A stretch of DNA of 64,000 nucleotides from the NCBI GenBank assembly GCA_021811405.1, contig JAJZOZ010000001.1, positions 5,103-69,102 on the forward strand. Reading direction: 5' to 3'. Shown one piece after another: positions 8,512 through 16,933 of the stretch. Position 1 is the first letter of the stretch. Every line of letters begins with the position of its first letter. A model generated the notes under the pieces. It was not told the origin of the DNA, searched no databases, and was given only the letters and a program-made list of their open reading frames with translations. The translations under genes were made by a program, and so were the position numbers. The stretch is from a bacterium. Its GTDB lineage: Bacteria > Elusimicrobiota > Elusimicrobia > Elusimicrobiales > UBA9959.

Positions 8512-9894
8512 ATGAAAAAGTTCCTTGTTCCAGCTCTGTTAGCGGTAATAGCGGCCTCGCCGGCTCTCGCCGGGTCCGGGGACGCGCTCTCCAGCCTTGG
8601 CCTCTCCAAGTCCGCCGCGGTGGCCGTGCCGGCCGCCGCCGGCTCCGCGGCTCTCCCGGTGGAAAGGTCGGGGCCTAAAGAGTGGACCGTGATGGTCTTC
8701 ATCAACGGCAAGAACGACCTGGAGCTCGCCGGCCTCTACAACGTGAACCAGATGGAGCAGGTGGGGTCCAGCGGCAAGGTGAACATCGTGGTGGAGATGG
8801 GCCGCATGAACGGCCAGGCCCAGGGCGACGCTCACCAGGACGGCGACTGGACCGGCTCCCGGCGCATGCTGATAAAGAAGGATAAGGACGAGGAGAAGAT
8901 CACCTCGCCGGTCCTGATGAAGACCGAGAAGGTCGACATGGGCGACTACAAGCGCGCGGTCGACTTCGTGAAGTGGTCCAAGGAGAACTTCCCGGCCAAG
9001 CATTACATGCTGATCATCTGGAACCACGGCTCCGGGTTCATGGACCCCCGCAAGGAGCAGAAGGGCATCTCCTTCGACGACGAGACCGGCAACTACATCC
9101 GTACACCGCAGATCGGCCAGATACTGAGGGAGGCCGGCAAGGTGGACGTGCTGGCCTTCGACGCCTGCCTGATGCAGTCCGCCGAGGTGGATTATGAGGT
9201 GAAGGACAACGTCGACGTCATCGTGGGTTCCGAGGAGACCGTCCCCGCACTGGGCTATCCCTACAGCATGTTCCTCGGCGCGCTGGTCAAGAAGCCGGAT
9301 CTTAACGCCGAGCAACTGGGCGCGATAACCGTAGAGGCCTACAAGATGTTCTACGACAAGCTGGGCAAGCCCTCGCAGCTCTCCGCCGTGCGCGCCTCCA
9401 AGCTGGAGGGCTTCGCGCAGCGCATGAAGGACTTCTCCGCCCTGGCCAAGGACGCCGACGCGGCCGCCCTGAAGGCCGCCCGCGACGGAGTGATCCGCTA
9501 TGACGCGGTCGGCCCTTCCGACGCCAAGATGACCATCTCCTTCTACGGCGACGCGGCCCAGTTCGCCAAGCTGGCGGCCGACAACCTGAAGGACGGGGAC
9601 AAGGCGGCCGCGGTAAAGCAGAAGGCCGAGGAGCTGGGGGCCTTTATAGACGGGGAGCTCGTGATACACAAGGGTGCCACCGGCAAGAACCGCGCCGGGC
9701 ACGAGATGTCCGAGAGCCGCGGCATCTCGGTCTACCTGCCGCCGGCGGAGGCCAGGATACCCCAGGCCAAACTGGAGGGGATCTTCGAGGCGCCGTACAC
9801 GGACTTCGTCTTCGACAAGGCCTCCGGCTGGCACGACTTCGTGACCTTGCTTTACGCCAGCGCCGTCGCTCCCGCGCCGGCTCCCGCGAGATAG
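8512..9894 (+). CDS. Clostripain-family (peptidase C11) cysteine protease, secreted
   Basis: Signal peptide. WTVMVFINGKNDLE. Catalytic-dyad context IIWNHGSGF and LAFDACLM, typical of C11. Confidence 0.75.
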   Translation: MKKFLVPALLAVIAASPALAGSGDALSSLGLSKSAAVAVPAAAGSAALPVERSGPKEWTVMVFINGKNDLELAGLYNVNQMEQVGSSGKVNIVVEMGRMNGQAQGDAHQDGDWTGSRRMLIKKDKDEEKITSPVLMKTEKVDMGDYKRAVDFVKWSKENFPAKHYMLIIWNHGSGFMDPRKEQKGISFDDETGNYIRTPQIGQILREAGKVDVLAFDACLMQSAEVDYEVKDNVDVIVGSEETVPALGYPYSMFLGALVKKPDLNAEQLGAITVEAYKMFYDKLGKPSQLSAVRASKLEGFAQRMKDFSALAKDADAAALKAARDGVIRYDAVGPSDAKMTISFYGDAAQFAKLAADNLKDGDKAAAVKQKAEELGAFIDGELVIHKGATGKNRAGHEMSESRGISVYLPPAEARIPQAKLEGIFEAPYTDFVFDKASGWHDFVTLLYASAVAPAPAPAR

Positions 9895-9915
9895 CCCGCG
9901 GCTGAGCGATAGAAA

Positions 9916-9943
9916 ATACCCCGGCCAGCCGGGGTATTTTTTT
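9916..9943 (+). terminator. Rho-independent terminator
   Basis: Stem ATACCCCGG, loop CCAG, stem CCGGGGTAT, followed by TTTTTT. Confidence 0.85.
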
Positions 9944-10116
9944 GTCCCCACTGCCGGAGATCCCCCCCGGTCCTTATCTGCGGCGGTCCCGCTGCCGTTC
10001 CGCCGCGGCTTTTGAAGGCCGCGCGCGGGTATCATCGCGGGAACGGCATAGCTGACATGGCCGCGAACCGCCGGTTCCCATTGGCAGGGGTTGCGGCCAT
10101 TTGGCATAATAACACG

Positions 10117-11217
10117 ATGTCCCATATAAGGAACACGCAGAAGAACTCCGTCACGGGCAAATTGATGGGGCGCCTCCGGCTTTCCAGGGTGCTCAGCATC
10201 CCGGAGAAGGAGTTCTCCGCGTTCATAGCCGAGATAGAGGGCGACGACCTTTTCGGGGCGCTGGCCCGGCCGGCGCGGACTTCCGAGAAGGTCGTTTCGT
10301 ACAAGAGGTTCCCGCGCGGGACCTGGGCCAGGCAGGTGCAGTTCAACGAGGGGGTTTTCGCGGAAAGGCCTTCCATGGGGGTGCACGAGTTCCTGGCCGG
10401 CCGCGAGGATATCCTGCCCCTGTTGCGGCGCGTCGGAGAGAAGAGCTTCCTGGAGGATTTCCTCTACAGGGAGACTTCCCGCGGCCTCGAGGAGACCGCC
10501 GGCGCCCTGGGGCTGACCCTGGACGAGGCCGGCAGGATCATGGACTTCGTTAACGAGTTCCATCTCAAGCGGGAGATAGAGGGCGGCGGCGCTCCCGCCG
10601 CTTTGCCGGACGCTCTCAAGGAGCGCGGAGCCGACACGCCGGTGGCCCAGATCTACGCGGAAGGCGGGAACATAACCCTGTCCTACCTCTCCCTTTCTTC
10701 CGCCCGGGGCCGCTACGAGATAGATTATGCGCGGCTTAAGGCGCTGGAAAGGACGCTTCCGACGGAAAGGAAAAAGCGTCTCCGCGGCTTGATAGGCAAG
10801 ATGGAGCTGGCCAATATGCGCAAGGGCGTTCTCCACAATATCCTGCTGCAGCTGATAGACTGCCAGCATAAATACCTGATCACCGAGGAGGAGGACGACA
10901 TAAAGCCGGTCTCGCAGCGCGAGATAGCCCGTACGCTGGCGATAAATTCCGGGGTGTTGAACCGCATCGTTTCGGGCAAATCCCTCGCGCTGGCGTCGGG
11001 GCGCGCGGTGCCGATGGGCTCGCTGTTCCTTTCCCGGAAGGACTGGATGAAGGCGGCGCTGGGCAGGCTGCTGGCCGAGCGCGGCGGCGAGTCCCCCGCG
11101 GACGGGGAGCTGGCCGCTCTCCTGCGCGAAAGGACCGGCGTCCGGGTCTCCCGCCGCTCGGTGAACGATTACCGCAGGGAGATAGCCGGGAAACTGCCGG
11201 GGAAGAGGGTCCGCTGA
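10117..11217 (+). CDS. Short, divergent sigma-54 (RpoN)-like factor (~366 aa)
   Basis: The C-terminal region aligns by eye to the sigma-54 DNA-binding domain. IKPVSQREIARTLAINSGVLNRIVSGKSLALASGRAVPMGSLF matches the [42 protein letters not shown] region. The RpoN-box-like VSRRSVNDYRREI matches ARRTVAKYRE. The N-terminus keeps only a remnant of region I (LRLSRVLSIPEKEFSAFIAEIEGDDLF). The start is uncertain (ATG 10117 versus 10012). Confidence 0.65.
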   Translation: MSHIRNTQKNSVTGKLMGRLRLSRVLSIPEKEFSAFIAEIEGDDLFGALARPARTSEKVVSYKRFPRGTWARQVQFNEGVFAERPSMGVHEFLAGREDILPLLRRVGEKSFLEDFLYRETSRGLEETAGALGLTLDEAGRIMDFVNEFHLKREIEGGGAPAALPDALKERGADTPVAQIYAEGGNITLSYLSLSSARGRYEIDYARLKALERTLPTERKKRLRGLIGKMELANMRKGVLHNILLQLIDCQHKYLITEEEDDIKPVSQREIARTLAINSGVLNRIVSGKSLALASGRAVPMGSLFLSRKDWMKAALGRLLAERGGESPADGELAALLRERTGVRVSRRSVNDYRREIAGKLPGKRVR

Positions 11218-11218
11218 T

Positions 11219-12676
11219 ATGGCCGACAAGACCTCAAGATGCAGCTCGCCGTACTGTTTCGACAGGCTCGGCGTGAGGATAATACTGAGCCTCGTCGCCT
11301 GCATAGCGCTCACCAGCGTCGCGGGGCTGTTCCGGGACCTGCGGCATAACAGGCGCTATATCCGCCACCGCGAGGGCGCCAAGGCCTCGTCGCAGGCGGC
11401 GGTGCTGCGCGCGTATCTCGAGCACGAGATGTTCGAGAGCGGCCATGACGGCACCAGGATAGCGCTGGAAGCCGTCAGGGGGCAGCCCAACCTGGAGGAC
11501 CTGCTCATACTGGACTCCAAACGCAAGGTCGTGCGCGCGCTGGACAGGAAGATGGAGGGGCGCACGGTGCCGTCCCCGTCCGCGGACGGCTGGGACGGAG
11601 AGTTCATCCGCATGGATTTCCCGATAAAGGCCAAGAAGGCCTGCTACCGCTGCCACGGCAGGGACAAGCAGCTGCTCGGGTACTTCGAGTTCGTGGTCTC
11701 CACCGTGGAGGCCTACGCCGACCTGAAGCGCTGGCAGCTCTCGCACATCCTGGCGGAGAGCGTCTCCCTCGCCGTCATCTGCGTGCTGGTCATATTCATC
11801 ATAGCGACCATGCTCAACCGCCCTTTGTCGGCCCTTTCGGCGGCCATGGCCAAGGCCGGCGGAGGGGATTACTCCGTGCGCGTTCCGGAGAACGTTTCCG
11901 GGGAGATGGGGGAGCTGGCCAGGCAGTTCAATTCCATGGCCGGGAAGCTGGAGGAGAACCGCGCGGAACTTGAGCGGCTTCACCGGGAGAGCATCTCGCA
12001 CATGGACAGGCTGGTCTCGCTCGGCGAGCTGGCGGCCAGCCTGGCCCACGAGATACGCAACCCGCTCGCCGGCATCGCGGCCGCCATACAGGTGCTGCAG
12101 CGCGACCTGCCCGCGGAGGACCGCCGCTCCTTCGTCCTTACCGAGGTGCTCAGGCAGGTGGCCCGGCTGAACAAGACGGTGGACAATCTGCTGAGCTATG
12201 CCCGGCCGGCGGCGCCGGTGATGTCCAGCGTGTCCCTGCCCGAGACCGCGGCCCGCGTGCTGTCCATCGTGGAGCCGCAGCTCAGGAAGCAGAACGTCTC
12301 GCTGGAAACGGACTGGAGCGGTCCCGTCGGCGCGGTGACGGCCGACCAGGGGCAGATGGAGCAGATACTGCTGAACCTGTGCCTCAATTCCCTGCAGGCG
12401 ATGCCCGCGGGGGGCAGGCTGCGGGTGGGCGTGAGGCCTTCGGACGACGGCTCCGCCGCGGTCCTGGAGGTGTCCGACACCGGCGTCGGGATCCCGGCCG
12501 ACAAGCTGTCCTCCATCTTCAAGCCTTTCTTCACCACCCGCGCCAAGGGCACCGGCCTCGGCCTGGCCATCGTGAAGAAGATAATAGAGTCCCACGGAGG
12601 AAGGATAGAGGTCTTCAGCGAGGAAGGCAAGGGCGCGCGTTTCATGGTGACCCTGCCTTCCGGGCCGGCGGCCTGA
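11219..12676 (+). CDS. Membrane sensor histidine kinase (HAMP-HisKA-HATPase) with a CXXCH haem-c motif in the periplasmic loop
   Basis: Two TM segments flank a ~130-aa loop containing KACYRCHGRD (nt 11642-11656). A HAMP region follows. H-box SLAHEIRNPLAGI. G-boxes DTGVGIP and GTGLGLAIV. Confidence 0.85.
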   Translation: MADKTSRCSSPYCFDRLGVRIILSLVACIALTSVAGLFRDLRHNRRYIRHREGAKASSQAAVLRAYLEHEMFESGHDGTRIALEAVRGQPNLEDLLILDSKRKVVRALDRKMEGRTVPSPSADGWDGEFIRMDFPIKAKKACYRCHGRDKQLLGYFEFVVSTVEAYADLKRWQLSHILAESVSLAVICVLVIFIIATMLNRPLSALSAAMAKAGGGDYSVRVPENVSGEMGELARQFNSMAGKLEENRAELERLHRESISHMDRLVSLGELAASLAHEIRNPLAGIAAAIQVLQRDLPAEDRRSFVLTEVLRQVARLNKTVDNLLSYARPAAPVMSSVSLPETAARVLSIVEPQLRKQNVSLETDWSGPVGAVTADQGQMEQILLNLCLNSLQAMPAGGRLRVGVRPSDDGSAAVLEVSDTGVGIPADKLSSIFKPFFTTRAKGTGLGLAIVKKIIESHGGRIEVFSEEGKGARFMVTLPSGPAA

Positions 12677-12679
12677 GCC

Positions 12680-14059
12680 ATGAAAAAAAGAGTGCTTGTA
12701 GTCGACGACGAGGACCTTATCCGCTGGTCGCTCAAGGACGAGCTGACGCGGGAGGGGTATACCGTGCTGAGCGTGGGCACGGCGGCCGAGGCCATTGAGC
12801 AGCTTTCCCGGGGCGGCGTGGACGTCACCATCTCCGACATCAATCTGGGCGACGGCAGCGGCCTGGACATCCTCAGGTACGCCAGGGAGAACCTGCCGTC
12901 CATGCCGGTGGTGCTGATGACGGCCTACGGCGACGTGAACGGCGCTGTGGACGCGATGCGCAGCGGCGCGGCCCACTACATCTCCAAGCCCTTCGACCTG
13001 TCAGTGCTGCGCATGGAGCTGGAAAAGGTGTGCGAGACCAGCAGCCTCCGGGACCAGGTGCTCGACACGCAGGAGCGGCGCCGGCGCCGCTACAACTTCG
13101 GCTCCATAATAACCGGCGACGAGGGCATGAAGCGCGTTATCTCCGAGGCGGTCATGATGGCGGCCAATCCTTCCGCCACCGTGCTGATACAGGGCGAAAG
13201 CGGCACCGGCAAGGACCTGATGGCGCGGGCGCTGCATTACGAAAGCCCGAGGGCGGGCAAGCCGTTCCTCGAGATAAGCTGCACGGCCATCCCGGAGAAC
13301 CTGCTGGAGAGCGAGCTGTTCGGCTACGAGAAGGGGGCCTTCACGGACGCCAAAGGGCAGAAGAAGGGCTTCTTCGACACCGCCGACGGCGGCACCGTGT
13401 TCCTCAACGAGATAGGCCACATGCCGCTGACCCTGCAGGCCAAGCTGCTGCGGGTGATAGAGGACAAGGTGTTCATGCGGCTGGGCGGCACCGAGGAGAC
13501 CGCCTGCGACGTGCGCATCATAGCGGCCACCAACGAGGACCTGCAGGAGGCCGTCAGGAAGGGCGGCTTCAGGGGGGACCTGTATTTCAGGCTTAACGTC
13601 CTGTCCGTCAGCCTGCCGCCGCTCAGGGAGCGCAAGGGGGACATACTGCCCCTGGCCGGGCATTTCCTGGCCCGCTTCAGCGGGGAGATGCGCAAGGACG
13701 TCCCGGTCCTTTCGGAGGAGGCGCAGGCCGTGATGACGGCCTATCGCTGGCCCGGCAACATCAGGGAGCTGCGCAACGTGATGGAGCGGGTGATGATACT
13801 CGGCGCGGGCAGGGAGATAGCCGGCGTATGGATGCGGGAACAGATAGGAAAGACCTCCGGCCTGGGCGCCGCCCCGTCCGGAGAGGTCTGCTTCAGGCTG
13901 CCGCCGGAGGGGATCTCGCTGGAAGCTGTAGAGAAGGACTTCATCAGGCAGGCCCTGGAATCTGCCGGCGGCAACCAGGTGAAAGCGGCGCGCCTCCTGG
14001 GCATCAGCCGGGACGCCTTGCGCTACCGGCTGGAAAAGCACGGGCTGCGCTATTCCTGA
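12680..14059 (+). CDS. Sigma-54-dependent response regulator (NtrC family enhancer-binding protein)
   Basis: Receiver domain (VLVVDDE..DINLGDGSG). AAA+ Walker A GESGTGKD. GAFTGA-type loop EKGAFTDA. The motifs ESELFGYE and RELRN. C-terminal Fis-type HTH (AARLLGISRDALRYRLEKHG). Confidence 0.9.
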   Translation: MKKRVLVVDDEDLIRWSLKDELTREGYTVLSVGTAAEAIEQLSRGGVDVTISDINLGDGSGLDILRYARENLPSMPVVLMTAYGDVNGAVDAMRSGAAHYISKPFDLSVLRMELEKVCETSSLRDQVLDTQERRRRRYNFGSIITGDEGMKRVISEAVMMAANPSATVLIQGESGTGKDLMARALHYESPRAGKPFLEISCTAIPENLLESELFGYEKGAFTDAKGQKKGFFDTADGGTVFLNEIGHMPLTLQAKLLRVIEDKVFMRLGGTEETACDVRIIAATNEDLQEAVRKGGFRGDLYFRLNVLSVSLPPLRERKGDILPLAGHFLARFSGEMRKDVPVLSEEAQAVMTAYRWPGNIRELRNVMERVMILGAGREIAGVWMREQIGKTSGLGAAPSGEVCFRLPPEGISLEAVEKDFIRQALESAGGNQVKAARLLGISRDALRYRLEKHGLRYS

Positions 14060-14078
14060 GCGCCGCGGGCCCGCGCGC

Positions 14079-14094
14079 TGGCAGGGTTGCTGCG
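14079..14094 (+). promoter_or_regulatory. Candidate sigma-54 (-24/-12) promoter upstream of the 15-haem cytochrome operon
   Basis: TGGCAGGGTTGCTGCG has GG and GC with correct 12-nt register (consensus TGGCAC-N5-TTGCA). It lies 45 nt upstream of ATG 14139, directly after the EBP gene. Confidence 0.6.
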
Positions 14095-14138
14095 CGCTTA
14101 ATTTCGTATAGAATACCTGAATATAATCGGAGAGTGCT

Positions 14139-15452
14139 ATGCGTATCCAGCGTTATATCCCGATCATGCTCCTGCTGTGCGCCGCCGCGCGCGGCCGGGC
14201 GGCCGCGGCGCCGGTTTCACCTGACGTTATAACCACTACGCCCGCCTGCGTGGAGTGCCATAAGAAGGTGGTCTCGTCCAAGTTCACGCACGGTCCGGTC
14301 GGAGTGAAAATGTGCAGGGTGTGCCACTCGGACGAGAAACCGGCACAGGACCCCGCGAAGCATCATGTCTTCTCGTTCCCGAAGCCGCAGCCGGAACTGT
14401 GCCTGGAATGCCACGTGGACGTGCGCGAGAGCCTCAGGTCCGGCAAGATGACGCACGGCGCCATCGAGGCCGGCGGCTGCACTTCCTGCCACGATCCGCA
14501 CGGCTCCGGCCAGAAGTTCTTCCTGCGCGGGGAGAACATGGACGCGCTCTGTTCCAACTGCCACGGGAAAAAGACCGGCGGCGCCGTGGTCCACCGGCCG
14601 GTGAAGGCCTCGTGCATGCTGTGCCACGAGCCGCACGCGTCCGGCGGCAGCCACCTTCTCAAGACCGACACCCCGGAACTCTGCCTGGGCTGCCACCAGC
14701 AGGTGAAGACGGAGCTTTCCGGCAAGTACGTCCACGGCCCGGTGCAGACCGGCTGCCAGACCTGCCATGACCCGCACAGCGCGCCCAAGCCGTACCTGCT
14801 GAAGTCCGACGCGAAGAAGGAGCTCTGCCTGGGCTGCCACGCGGACATGGCCAAGGCGCTGAAGAACGCCAAGCGCCCGCACCCCGCCGTGGAATCGGCC
14901 GGCTGCATCGGCTGCCACAGCCCCCACGCGTCGGGGCAGCCGAAGATGCTGCTGAAGCCGATGAAGGAGCTCTGCCTGGGCTGCCACGCGGACAAGGCCG
15001 CGGAGCTGGGCAGCAAGTTCCTGCACGGCCCGGTGCGCCTGAACGAATGCCAGGGCTGCCATGACCCGCACGGGGCGGACAACCCCAACATCCTCAAGGA
15101 ATATTTCCCGGAGGACTTCTACAACTCGTACAAGGAAGGCCTGTACGCCCTGTGCTTCGAATGCCACGAGAAGAACATCGCCAGCGAACCCAGGACCGCC
15201 AAGCTGACCAACTTCCGCAACGGCGACGTGAACCTGCATTACGTCCACGTCCATTCCGAGAAGGGACGCAGCTGCAAAGCGTGCCACCAGGTGCACGGCG
15301 GCCGCCAGGAGAAGCACGTCCGGGAGAGCGTGCCGTTCGGCTCCTGGCCGCTGCCCATCGTGTACAGGAAGACCGCCACCGGCGGCAGCTGCAACGTCGG
15401 CTGCCATAACCCCAAGTCCTACGACCGCGTGAAAGAGGTGGAGAACAAATGA
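14139..15452 (+). CDS. Multihaem c-type cytochrome, 14 CXXCH plus 1 CXXXCH (437 aa)
   Basis: Signal peptide MRIQRYIPIMLLLCAAARGRAAAAP. Motifs counted in the translation: CVECH, CRVCH, CLECH, CTSCH, CSNCH, CMLCH, CLGCH, CQTCH, CLGCH, CIGCH, CLGCH, CQGCH, CFECH, CKACH and CNVGCH. Confidence 0.9.
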   Translation: MRIQRYIPIMLLLCAAARGRAAAAPVSPDVITTTPACVECHKKVVSSKFTHGPVGVKMCRVCHSDEKPAQDPAKHHVFSFPKPQPELCLECHVDVRESLRSGKMTHGAIEAGGCTSCHDPHGSGQKFFLRGENMDALCSNCHGKKTGGAVVHRPVKASCMLCHEPHASGGSHLLKTDTPELCLGCHQQVKTELSGKYVHGPVQTGCQTCHDPHSAPKPYLLKSDAKKELCLGCHADMAKALKNAKRPHPAVESAGCIGCHSPHASGQPKMLLKPMKELCLGCHADKAAELGSKFLHGPVRLNECQGCHDPHGADNPNILKEYFPEDFYNSYKEGLYALCFECHEKNIASEPRTAKLTNFRNGDVNLHYVHVHSEKGRSCKACHQVHGGRQEKHVRESVPFGSWPLPIVYRKTATGGSCNVGCHNPKSYDRVKEVENK

Positions 15453-16417
15453 GATACATCGTAAGAGCGTTCGTCGTGCTGGCCTTCGGCCTGCCGTTCT
15501 GCGCGGGCGTCTCCCGCTGCGAAGCCAACCCGCTGCGGAACCTGGAACTGGGGGCCGCCGCTTTCCCGTTCTCCCTGCCGGACACGAACGGGAACGCGGT
15601 AAGCCTGGACAAGTTCAAGGGGCGGCCCGTGGTGGTCTGTTACTGGCGTGAAGGCCAGTTCTACTCCAAAAAGATGCTCGAGGTCATGACGCGCGCGCAG
15701 GCCAAGTTCGGCGGCAAGGGCGTGGAGTTCCTCTCCATCACAAGGACCGCGGGCGCCGAAGCCCCAAAGGTGTCCACGATGCCTTTCCCGGTGCTGCTGG
15801 ACGACCAGGAGAAGGTCTACGGGGATTACGGCCTGTTCATACTGCCTACCACGTTCGTGCTGGACGGCGGGCACCGCCTCAAGGCTTATTTTTCCAGCTA
15901 CCAGGAGGAGTCCGGACCGGAGCTGGACAAGATACTGTCGGAGATGCTCGGCCTAAAGGCGACGCCGGCGCCCGCCCCGCGCTACGCGGCGGTGCAGGGC
16001 ATGGCTGACCCGGAGCTCAACCTCGCCCGCGAGCTGCTGAAGGAGGGCAAGGCTGCCGAGGCCCTGCCGCTGCTGGAGAAAGGGCTGCGCGGCGCGGCGT
16101 CAGGCGACGCCGCGGAGCTGAAGCTGCTGTCCGCCCAGGCGCTGATGCAGCTGTCGCGCCTGGAGGAGGCCAAAGCGAGGCTGGAGGGCTGCCTGAAGGA
16201 CGATCCCGCCTCGCACGAGGCGCAGCTGCTGCTGGGCAGGACCCTTTTCCTGATGGGCCGCTACGAGCCCGCGGAAGAGGCCCTCAAAAAGTCCATGGGC
16301 CTGAACCCGCATTCCGAAAAGGCGCATTATTACCTCGGGGAGCTGTATGAGAAGACAGGCCGCAAAGATCTGGCGCTGGCCGAATACCGCGCGGCGCTTG
16401 AGCGTATATACAGGTAG
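15449..16417 (+). CDS. Exported thioredoxin-fold (TlpA/ResA-like) domain lacking the CXXC motif, fused to TPR repeats
   Basis: Signal peptide. The redoxin-like stretch FSLPDTNGNAVSLDKFKGRPVVVCYWREGQFYS stands where WxxWCxxC is expected. The C-terminal half is TPR-like (AEALPLLEKGL.., AHYYLGELYEKTGRKDLALAEYRAALE). ATGA overlap with the upstream gene. Confidence 0.65.
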   Translation: MRYIVRAFVVLAFGLPFCAGVSRCEANPLRNLELGAAAFPFSLPDTNGNAVSLDKFKGRPVVVCYWREGQFYSKKMLEVMTRAQAKFGGKGVEFLSITRTAGAEAPKVSTMPFPVLLDDQEKVYGDYGLFILPTTFVLDGGHRLKAYFSSYQEESGPELDKILSEMLGLKATPAPAPRYAAVQGMADPELNLARELLKEGKAAEALPLLEKGLRGAASGDAAELKLLSAQALMQLSRLEEAKARLEGCLKDDPASHEAQLLLGRTLFLMGRYEPAEEALKKSMGLNPHSEKAHYYLGELYEKTGRKDLALAEYRAALERIYR

Positions 16418-16928
16418 CGCCGCCGCGCTGCTGCTGGCCGGCTGCCTGGCGTCCGTCCGCCTGGCTTCCGTGCACGCGCCCTACGGGCGGCATAATTGCG
16501 AGGCCTGCCACGACGTGGGCGGCACGCTGGCCAGGGGGGTTTCGGCCTCTTCCTATTCGGACCGCGTGAAGGAAGAGGCCGCCGGCGGGGACTATTCCCT
16601 TTCGCCCGGCGAGGAAGTCCCCTCGCTTCTCCGCTACCGGGTGGACAGGCTTTGTTTCCAGTGCCACCGGGAGCTGGACCCGGCCTCTCCGGGCTACGAG
16701 GGGAAATGGCTGCACGGTCCGTTCCAGGCCGGCGTGTGCCTGGCCTGCCATCAACCGCACGAATCCGCGAACCCCCGTCTTCTGGTGGCCTATCCGGTGG
16801 AGAAGCTCTGTTCCATGTGCCATTCCGGGTTCCACGGCAAGGAGGGGGCCTCCCGTTATCCCGGGAAGCCATGCCTGGCCTGCCATTCCCCGCATTCCCA
16901 GGAGAAAGCCGCCAGGACCCCGGACTGA
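16347..16928 (+). CDS. Pentahaem c-type cytochrome, probable lipoprotein
   Basis: Lipobox LLAGC. CXXCH motifs CEACH, CFQCH, CLACH, CSMCH and CLACH. The start is uncertain: ATG 16347 overlaps the upstream gene by 71 nt, and an alternative TTG at 16398 gives MSVYTGSAAALLLAGC. Confidence 0.7.
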   Translation: MRRQAAKIWRWPNTARRLSVYTGSAAALLLAGCLASVRLASVHAPYGRHNCEACHDVGGTLARGVSASSYSDRVKEEAAGGDYSLSPGEEVPSLLRYRVDRLCFQCHRELDPASPGYEGKWLHGPFQAGVCLACHQPHESANPRLLVAYPVEKLCSMCHSGFHGKEGASRYPGKPCLACHSPHSQEKAARTPD

Positions 16929-16933
16929 GGGGG

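Noticed and set aside
10082-10120. TGGCAG...TTGC and TGGCAT sequences upstream of the sigma-54-like gene, considered as -24/-12 promoters.
   Set aside because: In TGGCAGGGGTTGCGG the GC of the would-be -12 element is 2 nt too close to the GG. The second site (TGGCATAATAACACG) has no -12 GC in register.
14122-14127. TATAAT hexamer 12 nt upstream of the 15-haem cytochrome start, considered as a sigma-70 -10 box competing with the -24/-12 element.
   Set aside because: There is no acceptable -35 at 16-18 nt spacing (the region reads TTAATTTCG). It may simply be AT-rich leader sequence, so it was not called, though dual promoters cannot be excluded.
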